This document shows, one piece after another, positions 12,701 to 26,320 of a DNA stretch of 64,000 bases; position 1 is the first letter of the stretch; each line of letters opens with the position of its first letter. The DNA comes from Strigamia acuminata (Eukaryota), in the NCBI GenBank assembly GCA_949358305.1, contig OX442314.1, positions 22,258,001-22,322,000 on the forward strand, read 5' to 3'. The notes under the pieces were generated by a model. The model worked only from the letters and a program-made list of their open reading frames with translations. It was not told the DNA's origin and ran no database searches. The position numbers and the translations under genes are program-made.

Positions 12701-15700
12701 GCTTATCACGAATACAAGACACGTTGTGGAGAGTACCGTGGTGTCCACGGGGAGGTTGGCTCGGGTCCGAGATTCCTATTCTAAGGAATACTTGTTTTTT
12801 CATCAACACTTCACTAACACCGTCAGAAAAGATGAAATCAGTATACTGTGCTGAAAAAGGTGCTACAGTTACTGATACCTCGAATCCATTAATTTATATT
12901 TTAATATCGGCAACATCTCGAAAACACGCTCAACGTCCACATCGAAGAAAAAGTAAACTGTAAAAGGATTTGTTTGATCAAATAGCTAAATTTCTCGTAA
13001 TATTATCAAGGATCCATTCGGATAAGTGATGAATTTGTAGACATTCCTTTCCTAGTGTGTCAAAAGCCAAAAGGATCCAGATCGCCACGTAAGTTAATTG
13101 GTTAATTTATAATCATATTGATGATAGTTTTATCCTCAGGAAAAGCTGAACTAGTGCTAACACACACTAAAACAGGAACCAAAGACAAATATCCAATGTA
13201 TATTGCATTAAGTTTTGTTTTAGTTAGGTATTAAAATTAATAAAGTTTTGTTTCATGTCAGTATCGAGTTAATTTGTCGCGGCATAAACGTCAGACCGAA
13301 TTCGCGTACTGTTTGGTACCACAATGGTGATCCGTATCCTGAACTGGAGAGAATGGAAACAAATCGAGAAGATAATCTTGCTGCAGCTAGAATTTTACTA
13401 GACGACGCTAGACAGGTTTATAAACAATCCCCAACTTATAAAAGTTTTTTTTCTATGAGTTGAAGAGTACTAGTACTCTTCTACTAATCCTCATTTTATT
13501 TAAAAAAAAATAGGGAGATTATTGGTGCGAAGCATGGGATAACACTGCACAATCAACAGTTTCATCCAATAAAATTACTCTTATTGTTGAAGGTAAAACT
13601 ATCAGTCGGCACATTCAATAATGAATTAGCACTATTGGTTAACACGAGATTCTAGTGTCCAAAAACTCACTGGAAACACGATGACCTTAAGATGACTCTT
13701 CAAAGATTGTGCTATTTTTATAGAAACAAGGTTTTACAGGAGATTCTCGTGTTAAATCTCGTGGCACGATCTAATACGACTGTGTTGCACTTTTTTGAAT
13801 GCGCCGATTGATTTGATTATAAGTTAATTGACATGATTTTAATATAGGTATAAAAAATTGCGTGATTTTACTCAACACTACCAATTCGCCGATCCGTGAT
13901 GTGTTTGAATTGAGCAAAATTAGTTATTACTTCAACATGGCTGAGTCAAATATTGTGCGCAGAGAAGCTACACTGTTAGCAGAGTAAGTGTCAAATAAAT
14001 TATACTTGTATAGGTTAAAGCATCAAGCACAGTCGGTGGAAATTAGAAGGGCGAATAGACATGCCAAGACTTATGTGATTGTTTTTTATTTCACCCAAGT
14101 GTGTTCATCTATAGCTTTGAGGGTGTGGGTCAGACGTAAATCAATTTCCCGCTTTTTTGTTGCATTTGTTACGAGTGCGGGTGTGCCAAAACCAAACGCT
14201 CGTAAATATATTCTGAGCGTGTCCAGTGACATTCCCACGTTTTTGCTTTTTCCGGTCCTAAAGATATTTTGATGCTCCCAAATATGGAAAATTTCTGTAG
14301 TGCCCATTCCCTTGATGCCCTAAGCACGTGTTTATTTTCCTTATTGGTAAATCCAACCCTGGTTGAACTTAATGAGGAAGAAGTTAAAAATGAAGAAGTG
14401 AAGTTTTAATCGATGATTCAGAATCTGAATACAAAAAGTATCTGATTATTATTATTATCACTATTATAATTGCAATATTAGTGATTTCGGTAGTCTTCAA
14501 TAGCCCTTTATTACGTCACTGGCCTCCAATTGCCTATGGGAGGAGAAAATAAAATTTTGCAAATAGTGCACGGGTGCACAATTAGAAGATTTTCAATAAT
14601 CCTGCTGCTTAAAGATATAGCATATGGGCCTTATATTGTTTGCATTAAAGTAATATGGAGATCTGAAGACGAATAATGTTAGTTTTGCAAATAAATGTCC
14701 TTCAAACACTTTTGAAATGGAACACAATTACTTGCAGAAAGTTTACATTCGAACAGTTGTATCGGTTTCCGTAGTAACAATACTCAATTCTATAAACAGC
14801 TAAAAACTAAAAAATAATAATAGTTTTTTTTAATATTTCAAAGTGGACAAATGGTTATTTGGGTGCAAGGAAATTCATATCGAACCTTGGATGAAGTGGT
14901 CTATGATGTTAAAAATCAATTCGAAGAGCATTTAAAGGCAGACAAAGTCATCTCAAGTAACCTGTTACCAACTGTCCGTAGTACAGGTTGTTATTAACAA
15001 TCAAACACTTAATTTTAGTTCGATTAATCTGGGAGCATTTTTACAATTCCAGAATGGTGTTTAGAAATAACAGAAGACAAGGAAAACTCACTCACTTGGC
15101 CACAAACAAGACGCAATCAGGCTGCACTTCCTAAAGAACAATGTGTTACAGGTAAATTACCACAATAGAATAACTCAAACATTTGCAAAATTACACTTTC
15201 AAATCACCCTAATTTCGACATAGATGAGGATAATGCTGTTTCTCGAGATTGCCTCGGAGACTTTCGCCAAGGCGCTTACTGGGGTCCTATAATCGGATCT
15301 TGCACAGGCAAACCCAATGAATTTACAGGAAAACTATTCGAATTATCTGAAGTAGGTATTGCAGTTAGTTTTTCCAAATGTTTATCCTACACTTGTGATG
15401 ATAGAGAAATGGGTCAGGTGTATTAAAAAGTTGGCTACTCACCGCTACAATCGCCATAAATTAGTTGCACACTATTTATTCTTAATTTCTCACTAAATTT
15501 AATTGTTTACCGCACGCCTTTTTTTCGCGCTATTTAAACTGCCGACGTACACTAAATGTTCTTTATTTCTCATCACTATTAAAAAAAACGTCTGGTTGAC
15601 GTTTTTTGGGTTGTGGTGATGTTTTATGCACGTTTTGTGCACCGTTTTTGACTTTTCGTGGTCTGTTCTCCTCTTCGAAATTTGAAGGCAATGTGGATTG

Positions 15701-18700
15701 TACTGAACCTGCGCCACAACGAATTGTGGTGAAGCTTTGCAAGCGTTGAAAAGTGAGACATGGATAACGAAAAGGCGGTACCAAACGAGTATTGGTATAA
15801 AAAAAATTTTATGACTGAGCCATTCGAATGATTGTAGTGCCAAACCATACGCACTCAAATCTACTTACCCATGCGCTAAAGGTTATGACTGAAGCATACA
15901 ACTGGAGAAGAGGTGTCAAGGTGCGTAGCATTGGAGATAAAACTTCTTCAAATGTGGATGTGAACAAATACTTGTGGCAAAAGCAACTAAAGAATTGGCG
16001 GCGCTTTGAGACATATCAGCAATCGTGCACTCGCCTGTGGCTCGTTACAACAGATGAAAAGAAGCGGGATAAAGGCACTTGTATCTGCCCAACTTTTTTT
16101 TAAAACATGTGTGCAAGCATCTCTTGGGCGTAGCCATTACAGAAAAACTGTTTTCAGTACCACCAGAAGCAAAAAACATTCCCCTCAGCACTGTTGGTAT
16201 AATTTTAAAATTTAGTGTGGCACTAAGTAATCTGCAGTGTGAATAAAAGTAAAATTAGTGCAGAAAAAAGTAGTGTGGCATAAAATCACTTTTAGTGAAA
16301 AATAAAGAATAAATAGTGCGCCAATAAATACAATAAACACTATCCAGCCTTGGCCAGCCTCAGCCAATTGGGCACCACGCCACACAGGGTTCCAATGTTC
16401 AAATATTCACCCACATGCAGGTCCACGACTACAATTTGAGTGCAGCTGTTAATCGGAGGAATACAACACTATAGCATTTACAGGGGTTGACAAAACTAAA
16501 AACAATTCAGGAGGCAGCCCCTTTTTCTCAGGAACCAGCGTATATACTTGAAATAATTTCAAGTCCAGGGGGCCTTACTTAGGAATTAAACCTAGGTTTT
16601 TGTGTCGCTAAAATGACATGTTCGCTAAAATGGTGTGTCGCTAAAATAAAATCGCTAAAATGATGTACATCCACCAAATTAGTACAAATAGGGTCCGGCG
16701 ATTGCTAAGGCCGCCCAGTACACATTTCTCTGTCGTCACACACAGCTAAACGCAAAAGAATCAGCCGTTAGCATTATTCACCTATTTTTTTTATATTATT
16801 TATTAGAGTGACGTCACAAAAGATAATGCCTTAGAAAAAAGTATATCGCTTGATGAACTGACTGATTCCAAGTTGACTAAAAACTATAGATCAGTAGACA
16901 TAGCGTATATTGCTAAGACGATGAAAAAGATTTCTGATACAGGAAATGTCACCAACGAGGTATGTTATAAAATTGTTTATTTATTCTTGATCCATACAAT
17001 TACAAACTCCTGTTTGCTCAAAACTAGACACTTAAAAATGTTGTTGACACTGTCGACCGAGTTATGTATGTAGATAGTGCTACAATTTTGTCATCCCACA
17101 AGACTTCAAGTTCATCCAACAGGTTTGTTGTAACGAACTTATTTTGTGAGCGGGTTTGCTAGTTTTATCAATTTTACGGTAAAAAACTTTCTTTCCTTGT
17201 TCATTATGTGAAGAATTACTAAAAGCTTGGAAACAATGATCAACTCAGTTCCGCTCGAACAAGGACATCCACTAGAGTTTTCATTGCCTAATATTTACGT
17301 CAAAGCGTACCTACTTGCTCCTGATGACGATGATACGGTAGTTGGTATTACCTCTGTCAATAAACAGCAATCGAATCTGACATCAGCCGATCAATTGAAT
17401 TATTCGAACACCGATGCTGCATTGCTATTGCCCAAATCATTAGTTGAAAGACGAAAAGCAATAAGTGGAAGTGACGGCTTGAGAATGTATTTTCTTGTAT
17501 ACCACAACAGCAAACTCTTTACAACCGACAATGCAACCGTTAACAGCAAAGTTATTGCAGCTAGTTTGTCAGGTCCTCCAGTGCAGTTGCAAAATGAAGA
17601 ACCGCGCATACAATTGGTTTTTAAACCCCTACAGGTTATTAAAAGTAAATATCTTTTCAAAGTGGTCGTTCAACGTGATTATTTTACAGGAGATGTCTAT
17701 GGAATCTGTTTCTTGCACATATTGGGATCCACAGTTAAACATCGGCAAAGGTGACTGGTCAACTGCAGGTTGTCGACTGCATTCCATTACGCAGAATAGA
17801 ATAATCTGCGAATGCGACCATTTAACAAATTTTGCTGTTTTGATGGTAAACATATACGAACATCGATGTTCGTACAAGTCATATTCCTTGTCATTTCTTT
17901 TAGGACATCTATGGACAAGCGGACAGAGTAGATGGAACACATCGCCACATCCTGGATGCTATTACATACATCGGTTGTGCATTCTCTATCCTTGGCTTAT
18001 CTTTAACCATTTTAACATTTCTTTTGTTCAGGTACACAAATTCCTTTTCCATTGTACAGTACCATTGGTGTCCCTTCTAACACTAAGTTTTGTAATTGTA
18101 GTAAATGGAGGAAAAAAGATGGCAACAAAATCATTTGCAACCTCGCCTTAGCACTACTATTATTGCTTATTGTATTCTTGGCGGGCATTGAGCAAACTCA
18201 ATCCCAACTTATATGCAAAACAGTAGCCGTTTTATTGCATTATTTCATCCTATCGTCATTTTGTTGGATGCTAGTTGAAGCCGTTCAACAATATTTGTTA
18301 TTTGTTAGAGTTTTAGCCACATACATCCCTCGATTTCTACTCAAAGCGATGTTTTTTGCTTGGGGTAAGTTTATTAGATTTTATTTGTTCATTTATTTTT
18401 TATTTTGCATATTTCAGGTTTACCACTTATCATTGTGATAACTGTAATTGGAATTGACGTCGATCTGTACAGTGGCGGCCATCATTAGTAAATGATTTTG
18501 CAAAAACAGAATTATGATTCATTTCTTAAAGTTTATTTTAAATTGTCACGTTTACAGTTGTTGGATGAAGCAGGATGCATTGTACTTTTCCTTTCTCTTG
18601 CCAGTTGGTGTTATCATGATCATCAATGCAGTAGTTTTCATATTAGTCCTTCGAGGAATTACTTGTGGTCGCACATCCAACCTCCGAAGCAACCAATCAA

Positions 18701-19449
18701 AACAACAACTTATGAAAACACAACTATATGCTGCTATTTGCATATTTGTACTTCTAGGCCTAACCTGGGTGTTTGGGTTTGTAGCCGTAGAAGGAGCAAG
18801 ACTCACGTTTCAGTATATTTTTTGTGTGTGTAATTCATTACAAGGGTTACTGATTTTTCTATTTATGGTTGTACGAGACCGCAATGCACACGTAAGTCTA
18901 AAGGTGGAAACACAAGGGAGCGGGTAAAATTTAAAAGCTTGCTTTTACTTGAAAAAGCAGCTAAAAACTCGCACGCTTGAGCAAACACAAGCTTGAGTTT
19001 TTATTCAAAGCTTTGTTTTGAAGCGAGCTTGTACTCACCCGCTCCGATCAAACTGAGTTTGATTGACCAGCTTCAAGCTTGCTGGTGTTTTGGTCTTGTG
19101 ACTTTGACAGCCAATCAGAATCGTGAGGAAATTCTTGGAGGAGATTTTGATGACTCCCTCTTTAAACACATACTAGCAAGCTTTGGAATTTTACCCGCTC
19201 CCTTGTGTTTCCATCTTTACCGCGGCAGGTTCACGCTTGTGAACATACCACGAGAGAATATTTATTGAATATTTTGCACTTGTCATTTATTTTGTGTAGG
19301 ATTTGTGGAGCTCGTTATGCACTGCCAAAGGGACAAAAAAATTGGGAACAACGTCGGGACTTCAGACTTACACTCGAAGAGAAGAAGGCAACATGTCTGA
19401 AAACTGCACCACTAAACTTAGTCGAACATCAACACATTCTCCCTCTTAA
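9729..19449 (+). CDS. Adhesion GPCR with C-type lectin-like, Ig-like, HormR-like, GAIN/GPS and 7TM domains; start exon not resolved
   Basis: CTL motifs (TWHEAWETC, IWIGL, PFVC). Ig motifs (VVWSKNG...GTYRCEA; VWYHNG...GDYWCEA). GPS CTYWD...GDWSTAGC...CECDHLTNFAVLM. Secretin-like 7TM (LLHYFILSSFCWMLVEA, LLGLTWVFG, NSLQGLLIF). Last exon stop TAA at 19447-19449. Confidence 0.9.
10446..10760. mobile_element. MITE, Tc1/mariner-pogo-like, in an aGPCR intron
   Basis: TA then CAGTAGAGCCTTGATTATCCG at left; inverted CGATAATCGAGGCTCAACT at right. Internal about 63-bp A-rich tandem repeat. Confidence 0.7.
15394..16740 (+). mobile_element. Nested DNA-transposon remnants including a decayed Mutator/MULE-like transposase fragment
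   Basis: Outer inverted termini match 17/20 (15394-15413 vs 16721-16740). Inner inverted pair matches 28/31 (15467-15497 vs 16291-16321). Frameshifted SWIM finger CICPTFF/LKHVCKHLLG (about 16080-16130) and a TTNCGE motif (about 15716). Confidence 0.7.
18902..19216. mobile_element. PIF/Harbinger-like MITE in the last aGPCR intron
   Basis: 42-bp TIRs matching 39/42 (AGGTGGAAACACAAGGGAGCGGGTAAAATT...), flanked by TAA and TTA. Confidence 0.85.
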
Positions 19450-20156
19450 ATATAATTCAAATAATAACTGTAGAAAATGCAATATTAACTTTTGTATTAG
19501 GATGTTCCAATAAATTAAGTGTCTAATTTAATTTGCAATTGTTATGTAAAAAGAGGGCGGTTATTTTTCAATTCATTTTCAATGGAAAAAATAACTGAGC
19601 TGATTCAATTGAGCTGCAGATGTCTTTGTGACAACTCCACGGACGGGCACATCATTTTGATGGAGACTCCAATTAAGGTCCGAGTGCGAATCGTCGATGT
19701 ATGGAAAGTGATAAAGGAGAGGATAGAAAATGAATACAAAGGTAATGTCCAGTTTTCAATTAAAATTTAAACTAATTATTCAATATTTTCTTATTTTTAA
19801 AAAATATTTTGTTACAACATGCATGGAAAACAATATTCTAAGTCTCAAAAGCACTTTAATCGTGTCAAAAAGCTAAAACAACAATTTTATTCCACTTTAC
19901 AACAAAGTATTTTGTGTAAACACTGTACTTATGTTGTCAATGCAAATTGAAAACGACTCAAGGCTAATTGCATTCATCACAATAAAAAAAACCGTTCTGG
20001 TATGTTGATTGCTACATATTTACATTTGCTAGTCGTTTTTCATCACTCATCATTATATAAGCAGCGACTGGCTCTTGTCCTTGACTCGTGATATCAATTT
20101 CCTCGTTGTGGCGCTAGTGTCTGTGCCACGTAATCAAATTCCGCGCGCTGTGGTCG

Positions 20157-20170
20157 GTTGCCAAGGAAAC
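20157..20170. promoter_or_regulatory. X-box (RFX site) candidate upstream of PLC
   Basis: GTTGCCAAGGAAAC. A weaker site CATTCCATAGCAAC lies at 20619-20632. Confidence 0.55.
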
Positions 20171-20725
20171 AATGTCACGTGGAAACAATGTGAGAGCTCG
20201 GGGTAAGAATTGTGAATTTACAGACGTTCATAGTAACGCGGAAGCTTGAATCTACATGACAAAAGATGAGAGTTTTTGTGTGCTGAGGAAATGAGAAAAT
20301 ACTGCGTTTTAGCCTCAGGAAAGTCATAAAAATTGCAAATCAAATAAAGCTGTGGTTTTTGATTTCACTTTCAAACAATAATAATTTGCAATGCAATAAA
20401 AAAAAAACATTCGCTGGTACTTCTATATAGTGAAAAAAAATTGAAAGTTTTTATATTTTTTATATTTTTTATTATTATCTTAAAAATTAAAAACAAAATT
20501 CACTACACACTTGAAATCCTTCATTTACTCAAATCCAATGCTCAATTACTAATACGTTAACTTTGACTAACATCTGTTCATTCTAACGAGTGGTCGTAAG
20601 TTGGTTGCTAAGGATTTTCATTCCATAGCAACGCGATCACTTCGATCCAATTCGCCGTCAGAACGGCACGCCATCTTTGAAGCTTCCAAGAAAGATTCAA
20701 AATTGTCACATTTCAAAGAGGAAAA

Positions 20726-23700
20726 ATGCCGAAAAAATTAAGATTACGAAAGAAAAAAGCCGTATCTCAGTGGGTTGATAGTTTTCAACCCCACATGCCA
20801 TTATTTCATGACCATTCGAGTAAGTGAAACTAATCACAGCTGTCCGGTGCTATATTTGACACGCTTTCCTGCAGCAATTGTAATTAGCTCTTTTGATTGC
20901 GGTTCTCGGATTTTATTATTTGCATCTTGTCAATTTTTCTATCATTAAGATAAAGCGCTATTATTATTCCTATCATTATTTACCGATAAATGTGCTCACA
21001 AATGCGCGTAACATATTGCGACAGATATTTGCCAAATGTTATGGATGTTATAGATAAAAACTAACATAAACAAACAAACAAGAAAAGGTCACATACAGTA
21101 TAAACAAACAAGAAAAGGTTATTTCGTAGCATTAAATATAATTCTAGAATGCTAAATTTTAAACAGGTTGGATGGTGGGATCAATATTTTATAAATTATA
21201 TTTTGAACACGTGCCAAGTGAACCCAATGTTATCATTGTGTACACATATTAGAAAAAAAAATATATTTTGATAAGATTGTATAGATAGAATTTCTTTTGT
21301 ATTTGAAAAATGTCTGAACAACTTGAAACTACCAATTTCTCGGCTAACCCAGAAGAAAAATCATGGTGGAAAAGGTCAAGCAGAAAAACACAACTAAAAT
21401 ATCGTTTAAAAGCTTTTTGTACCTCTATACACATTGGTAAGTACAAGTGGTAATCATAAAATCAAATAAGACAAAGTCCCGAGATTACCTCACGCGACTA
21501 CACGAAAATGATAAATAATACACAGCATATTATACAGTATATTGTATTTTTTTTAAAAATTGGGCTTTAAAAATAGATGTAACATTAGAATCATGCTGAA
21601 AACTTCATTTATGTCAACAGTTTCATAAAATGCAGATTTAAAAAAAAAATCCAAAACAAAAAAAATCTTTTTTTACTTTTTTAACCATTTGAGTAAAATC
21701 GGTTTCAATTACACGAAAACGAGATCGACCATGACATAAATGTTGCTAATTTAGACTCTTTTACCACTTTTAGCAATGGACATGAGGCTCGTGGAGGAAG
21801 CCAAAAATGTGTTGGAAACAGGCTCGAACTTGTGGAAAGTGAAAGGTGTCAACAGTTGGTATCCTCGGCGCTATTTATTCGAACCGGACAACCAGAAAAT
21901 CACGTACGAAGGCTCTAGGAAATTTCCTTGCATCGAAACGATGGAAGTAATCGATATCCGTGACGTTCACGATGTTCGAAAGGGATGGAGAACGGAGACG
22001 TTCAAGAAAATATCGAGAAAGATTGAAAAGTCGCAGCGCAAACGAACAGTGAGAGAACCACTGGCTAAAGAAGAGTGTTGTTTTTCCGTTATTTACGGCT
22101 TGGATCATAAATCTTTAGATTTAGCTTGTCCAGATGAAGTCTTGTGTAATACTTGGGTTCGTGGATTGTCTCATTGGGTTGCGGTTCAAAGGAACGCAAG
22201 AAGGGATCAACTGGTCAAACAATATCCTTTAATATGGTGAAAAGAATTGCAGAAGCCGGATCAAATTAGATTAAGTACTTATTTTTCACATTATATTTTT
22301 TTCACATTATATTTGTGTTTTTTTTGGAGATAAAAGATAAACAGCTTTCATTGGCACACACTGGGTGTGTTCAAAATTTGTTTGTATGGATTTTAGTGTT
22401 TTCCTTGATGGTTTATGGCTGTTTTGGTGTCCCAATTCTATTATAGAAACTCAAAAACAACAAATACAGACACTTGGAATGCTTTTGTTGAAATCTGTGA
22501 GCACCATATCAGCTATAAATGCGTGTTTAGTTCGAGTCCTTAATTGAAAAGAAAAAAAAAATATCCAAGGAATAAAAAGTCTTAACTATTTCTGTATAAA
22601 TGGCTAAAGGATCATTTTAGAAAAGCGGATATCGACAAATCCGGAGCATTAGATTTTGATGAATGTTTGCGTTTGCTGAATCAGCTTAACATAGAAATGG
22701 ACGGGTTTCATGCTCGACGACTTTTCAATGTAAGTTATAAACTTTGGGATTTTAAGATAACTTGTACAAATTGCCCGATTTTTGAATACCAAACAGGAAG
22801 CAAATGTAGTGAAGAACAAACGAGATGGAGAAGACGTGTTAGACGAAGACGAATTAGTCGTTTTCCATAATTTATTAAGGAAAAGACCCATGTTAGAAGA
22901 CCTATTCAGCAGGTAAATATTAACTCAATTTTACACACACTTCATTGCGCATTAAGCGCACTAAACACATTTTGCGCCACTGAGAAAGAATGGAGCGCCA
23001 GTGTCGGGAGACAATCTGCATGCTCACAGCATCCAGCATGTTTTAATCTGAATACTGTATTCCCAATATCGTAAAATACAGCAGATATGTGCCGAACTGG
23101 ACTGCTATTAATAGTAAAAAAAATTATCAATTTTTCGCATAAAAATGCATTTTCGTGCGAAAGTTTAATTAATTATCCTCATGTCCTTATGCCCATGCGT
23201 GTTCCACGTGTTTGCATGTTTCGGATCAATGATAAACTGATATTTGTTGCAAAAAACACAAAAATGTTGAAAAATTCATGCGGGTTAATCGATATGCAAT
23301 GTAAATTCCATGAATTACAACCTCTTTACCTGCACTGACCTGACCGTCAAAATAAGTGTCATGCACATCCATTAGCACCAGCTCGATACGTTTCATGCGC
23401 TGTATTTGCATGTACATAAAAATTTGTTTGTAAATATTTAAAATAGAATCAGGAAATGAGACAAAATTTTTTTTAAAAAAAATACAATGTTGTCATTTTT
23501 GGCACTTTTAATTAGGTACACTGGCGGTGCTCCCATGATGACTCCAACTCAGCTTTTTAATTTCCTCAAAACGGAACAACACATGGAACAAATTACAATT
23601 GAAGAAGCGTCCGACATAATTGATCAGTTTGAAGACCAAACTCGAGCAGAGGGGTTTTTAAGTACTGACGGTTTCAGAAAAATGCTACTGTCTCCTCCGA

Positions 23701-26320
23701 TGGAGATCTTTAACCGCTCATATTACTCAATTTACCAAGAGATGACTTTTCCGTTAAGCTATTACTACATTGCTTCGTCGCACAATACGTAAATCAACGG
23801 CTAACATTACACATTACATACACACATTTGATTTAAAAATATATATATCTAATTCAGTTACTTAATGGCCGACCAACTAAAAGGAGAGAGCAGTGTTGAA
23901 GGTTACATACGCGCTCTTAAGATGGGATGTCGATGTGTGGAACGTAAGTATTTTAAATTAACATAGACATGCTCATCCTGGTGCATTTTGCGTGGAAAAA
24001 TGCATTTTTACAGTTAATAAACGCATTTTTAAATCGAAAATTGTGAAATTTTAGTGCCAAATTTTTGTGTAAAATTTTTGTGATTAAAAATGCATTTTTT
24101 TGAGTAAAAATCTGCACTGGGCTGTGCGCCAAAATTAGCTTGCTCATGTTCTATTATTGATCGGTTTGCAATTATAGTGGATCTTTGGGATGGGCCTGAT
24201 AATGATCCAATTATTTACCACGGATACACCCTAACATCTAAAATTTTGCTGAAAGATGTTTTGAAAGATGGCATTAAGCCATACGCGTTTGAATCTTCAG
24301 AGTAAGAACAGAATTATTTAATTTAAAAAAAAATAATCGAATTTTCCAACTAATTACACATAACTTCAACTTTTTTAGGTACCCTGTAATACTCTCTCTA
24401 GAAAACCACCTCAGTGTAGAACAACAAAAAGTTCTGGCCAAATATTTGACCAACATTTTAGGCGGTAAAATACAAAATTAATCTTACTTACCTCATAGTC
24501 ATAATTTTCACGCTATCTTTCCAACTTCTGGTATTGTTGCAGATTTGTTGTACAAAAAAGCCGTTCCTGATGATTTAGCAAATCTTCCATCGCCTTACGA
24601 CCTGAGAAGGAAAATTCTGATTAAAGTAAATCCCGACAAGCGAATATTTCATCAAATCAAATCAAATTTTTACTTTTAATGTAGGGTAAAAAATTACCGG
24701 GCCACACAAAACATCACGATGAGGGAAGTGTTTCAGACTCGGACGACCCAGACAAAGACAAAGACAAAGAAAGCGACTCCAAGAGATTAAAATTGGCACC
24801 GGAACTTTCAAATTTGGTTAATTTATGTCAAGCTGTCCACTTCAAGACTTTTTCCCATAGTCTGCATAATGGTATAATATATTTTCATATAAATAAATGT
24901 TAATTTTACAATTCGGAGCGTCATTTCTTAGGTAAATGTTACGAAATCTCCTCGCTGTCCGAATCCAAGGCGCTGACATTGGCGGAATCAGAGCCATCTG
25001 AATTCGTAAAGTATAACCAAAAACAACTGGTGCGTATTTACCCAGCAGGACATCGCCAAGGTTCAAGTAATTACGATCCTGTTCCCATGTGGAATGCTGG
25101 ATGCCAAATTGGTGAATTAAATTAAATTTGGCTTACAGACATGATAATAAAAGAAAATTATTTTTACAATTTAGTTGCACTAAATTACCAAACTGATGGG
25201 AAATCGATGACTTACAATCGTGCCCGATTTCGTGGAAATGGAGCGTGTGGATACGTTTTGAAACCAAAATATTTAAATACAGGTGAATCATAGGTTAACT
25301 AACTTGATTAAACTTTTAACTTTAATACTATTTTTCCTGTTTAGGAGATTTCACTGTGATTAATCCTCTAGCGGAACGACGTTATCGAAAAGCGATCACT
25401 ATACGAGTTAGTTTTGTCGTTGATTTAATTGTGAAATTGGATTATTAATTACAATTTCTAACTTTTACAGGTTATAAGTGGCCAATATATTCCAAAACCT
25501 GATCAAGCCACCTCGGGTGAAGTTATTGATCCTTATGTCGTCATTAAAATTAAAGGACACGCAGAAGATAATAAAATCGTTACGACCAATTACGTGCATA
25601 ATAACGGTAAAAACGAAAACCAAATTACATTTTCCAGCTTTTCGCTTGAAAATATAAGTGAAATACACTAGGCGCAGAAGTTTAACTTGCAGAGAAAAAT
25701 GAATTATTGCATGTCCCCGCGACTAAAAATAAACTAAATTAGCCCTCATTTTGAAGTTAGATAGAGACAAGCAGTTTAAATATGTTGTTTGAATGCTATT
25801 TAGGTCTAAATGATTATAAATGCGCCTACTGAGATTCCCTTTTTTAAGATAAATCAAAAGGCTTCACTGCATGTCAATGATTAAGCTTCTCTGCATGCCA
25901 ATGATTAAGCTTCACTGCATCTCAATGATTAAACTTCACTGCATGTCAATGATTAAGTTTCACTGCATGTCAATGGCATCCAATTTCAGAACCGTAAAAC
26001 CGCTTTGGCTGGAGGAGGCGGAGATTCAACACGCAATATTTAATATTTATTTTATAAACAAGTTTTTTTCTTCTTTTATTTTAACAGGGTTCAATCCCGT
26101 ATGGAATGAGACCTTCAAATTTGAACTAAAGTTCCCCGAGCTCGCATTTGTTCGCTTTGTTATTCGTGATCATAATTCTATAGGGAAGGATGAAAAGTTG
26201 GGTGAATACACTATCGCATTTGAGCATATTCAACTTGGATATCGCCATATTCACATTGTGGATAAGCACGACAACTCATTGGTCCCAGCTTCAATATTTG
26301 TTCATATTGCCGTGGATTAA
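20726..26320 (+). CDS. Phosphoinositide-specific phospholipase C, delta-like (PH-EF-X-Y-C2), with candidate alternative first exons
   Basis: PH exon 21774-22221; EF hands ([15 protein letters not shown]); X box ([39 protein letters not shown]); Y box (RIYP, SSNYDP, GCQIVALNYQT); C2 ([15 protein letters not shown]). Stop at 26320. Confidence 0.93.
22222..22599 (+). other. U12-type (minor spliceosome) intron, apparent AT...AA termini
   Basis: 5' site ATATCCTTT and branch motif TCTTAAC (22580-22586). The join CA|A TGG restores the frame to [12 protein letters not shown]. Confidence 0.8.
25861..25975. repeat. 24-bp minisatellite, about 4.8 copies, in a PLC intron
   Basis: GCTTCACTGCATGTCAATGATTAA units. 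Confidence 0.9.

Noticed and set aside
25871..26088. MIKLHCMS repeats as part of PLC
   Set aside because: Intronic 24-bp minisatellite. The true last exon starts at the AG near 26088.
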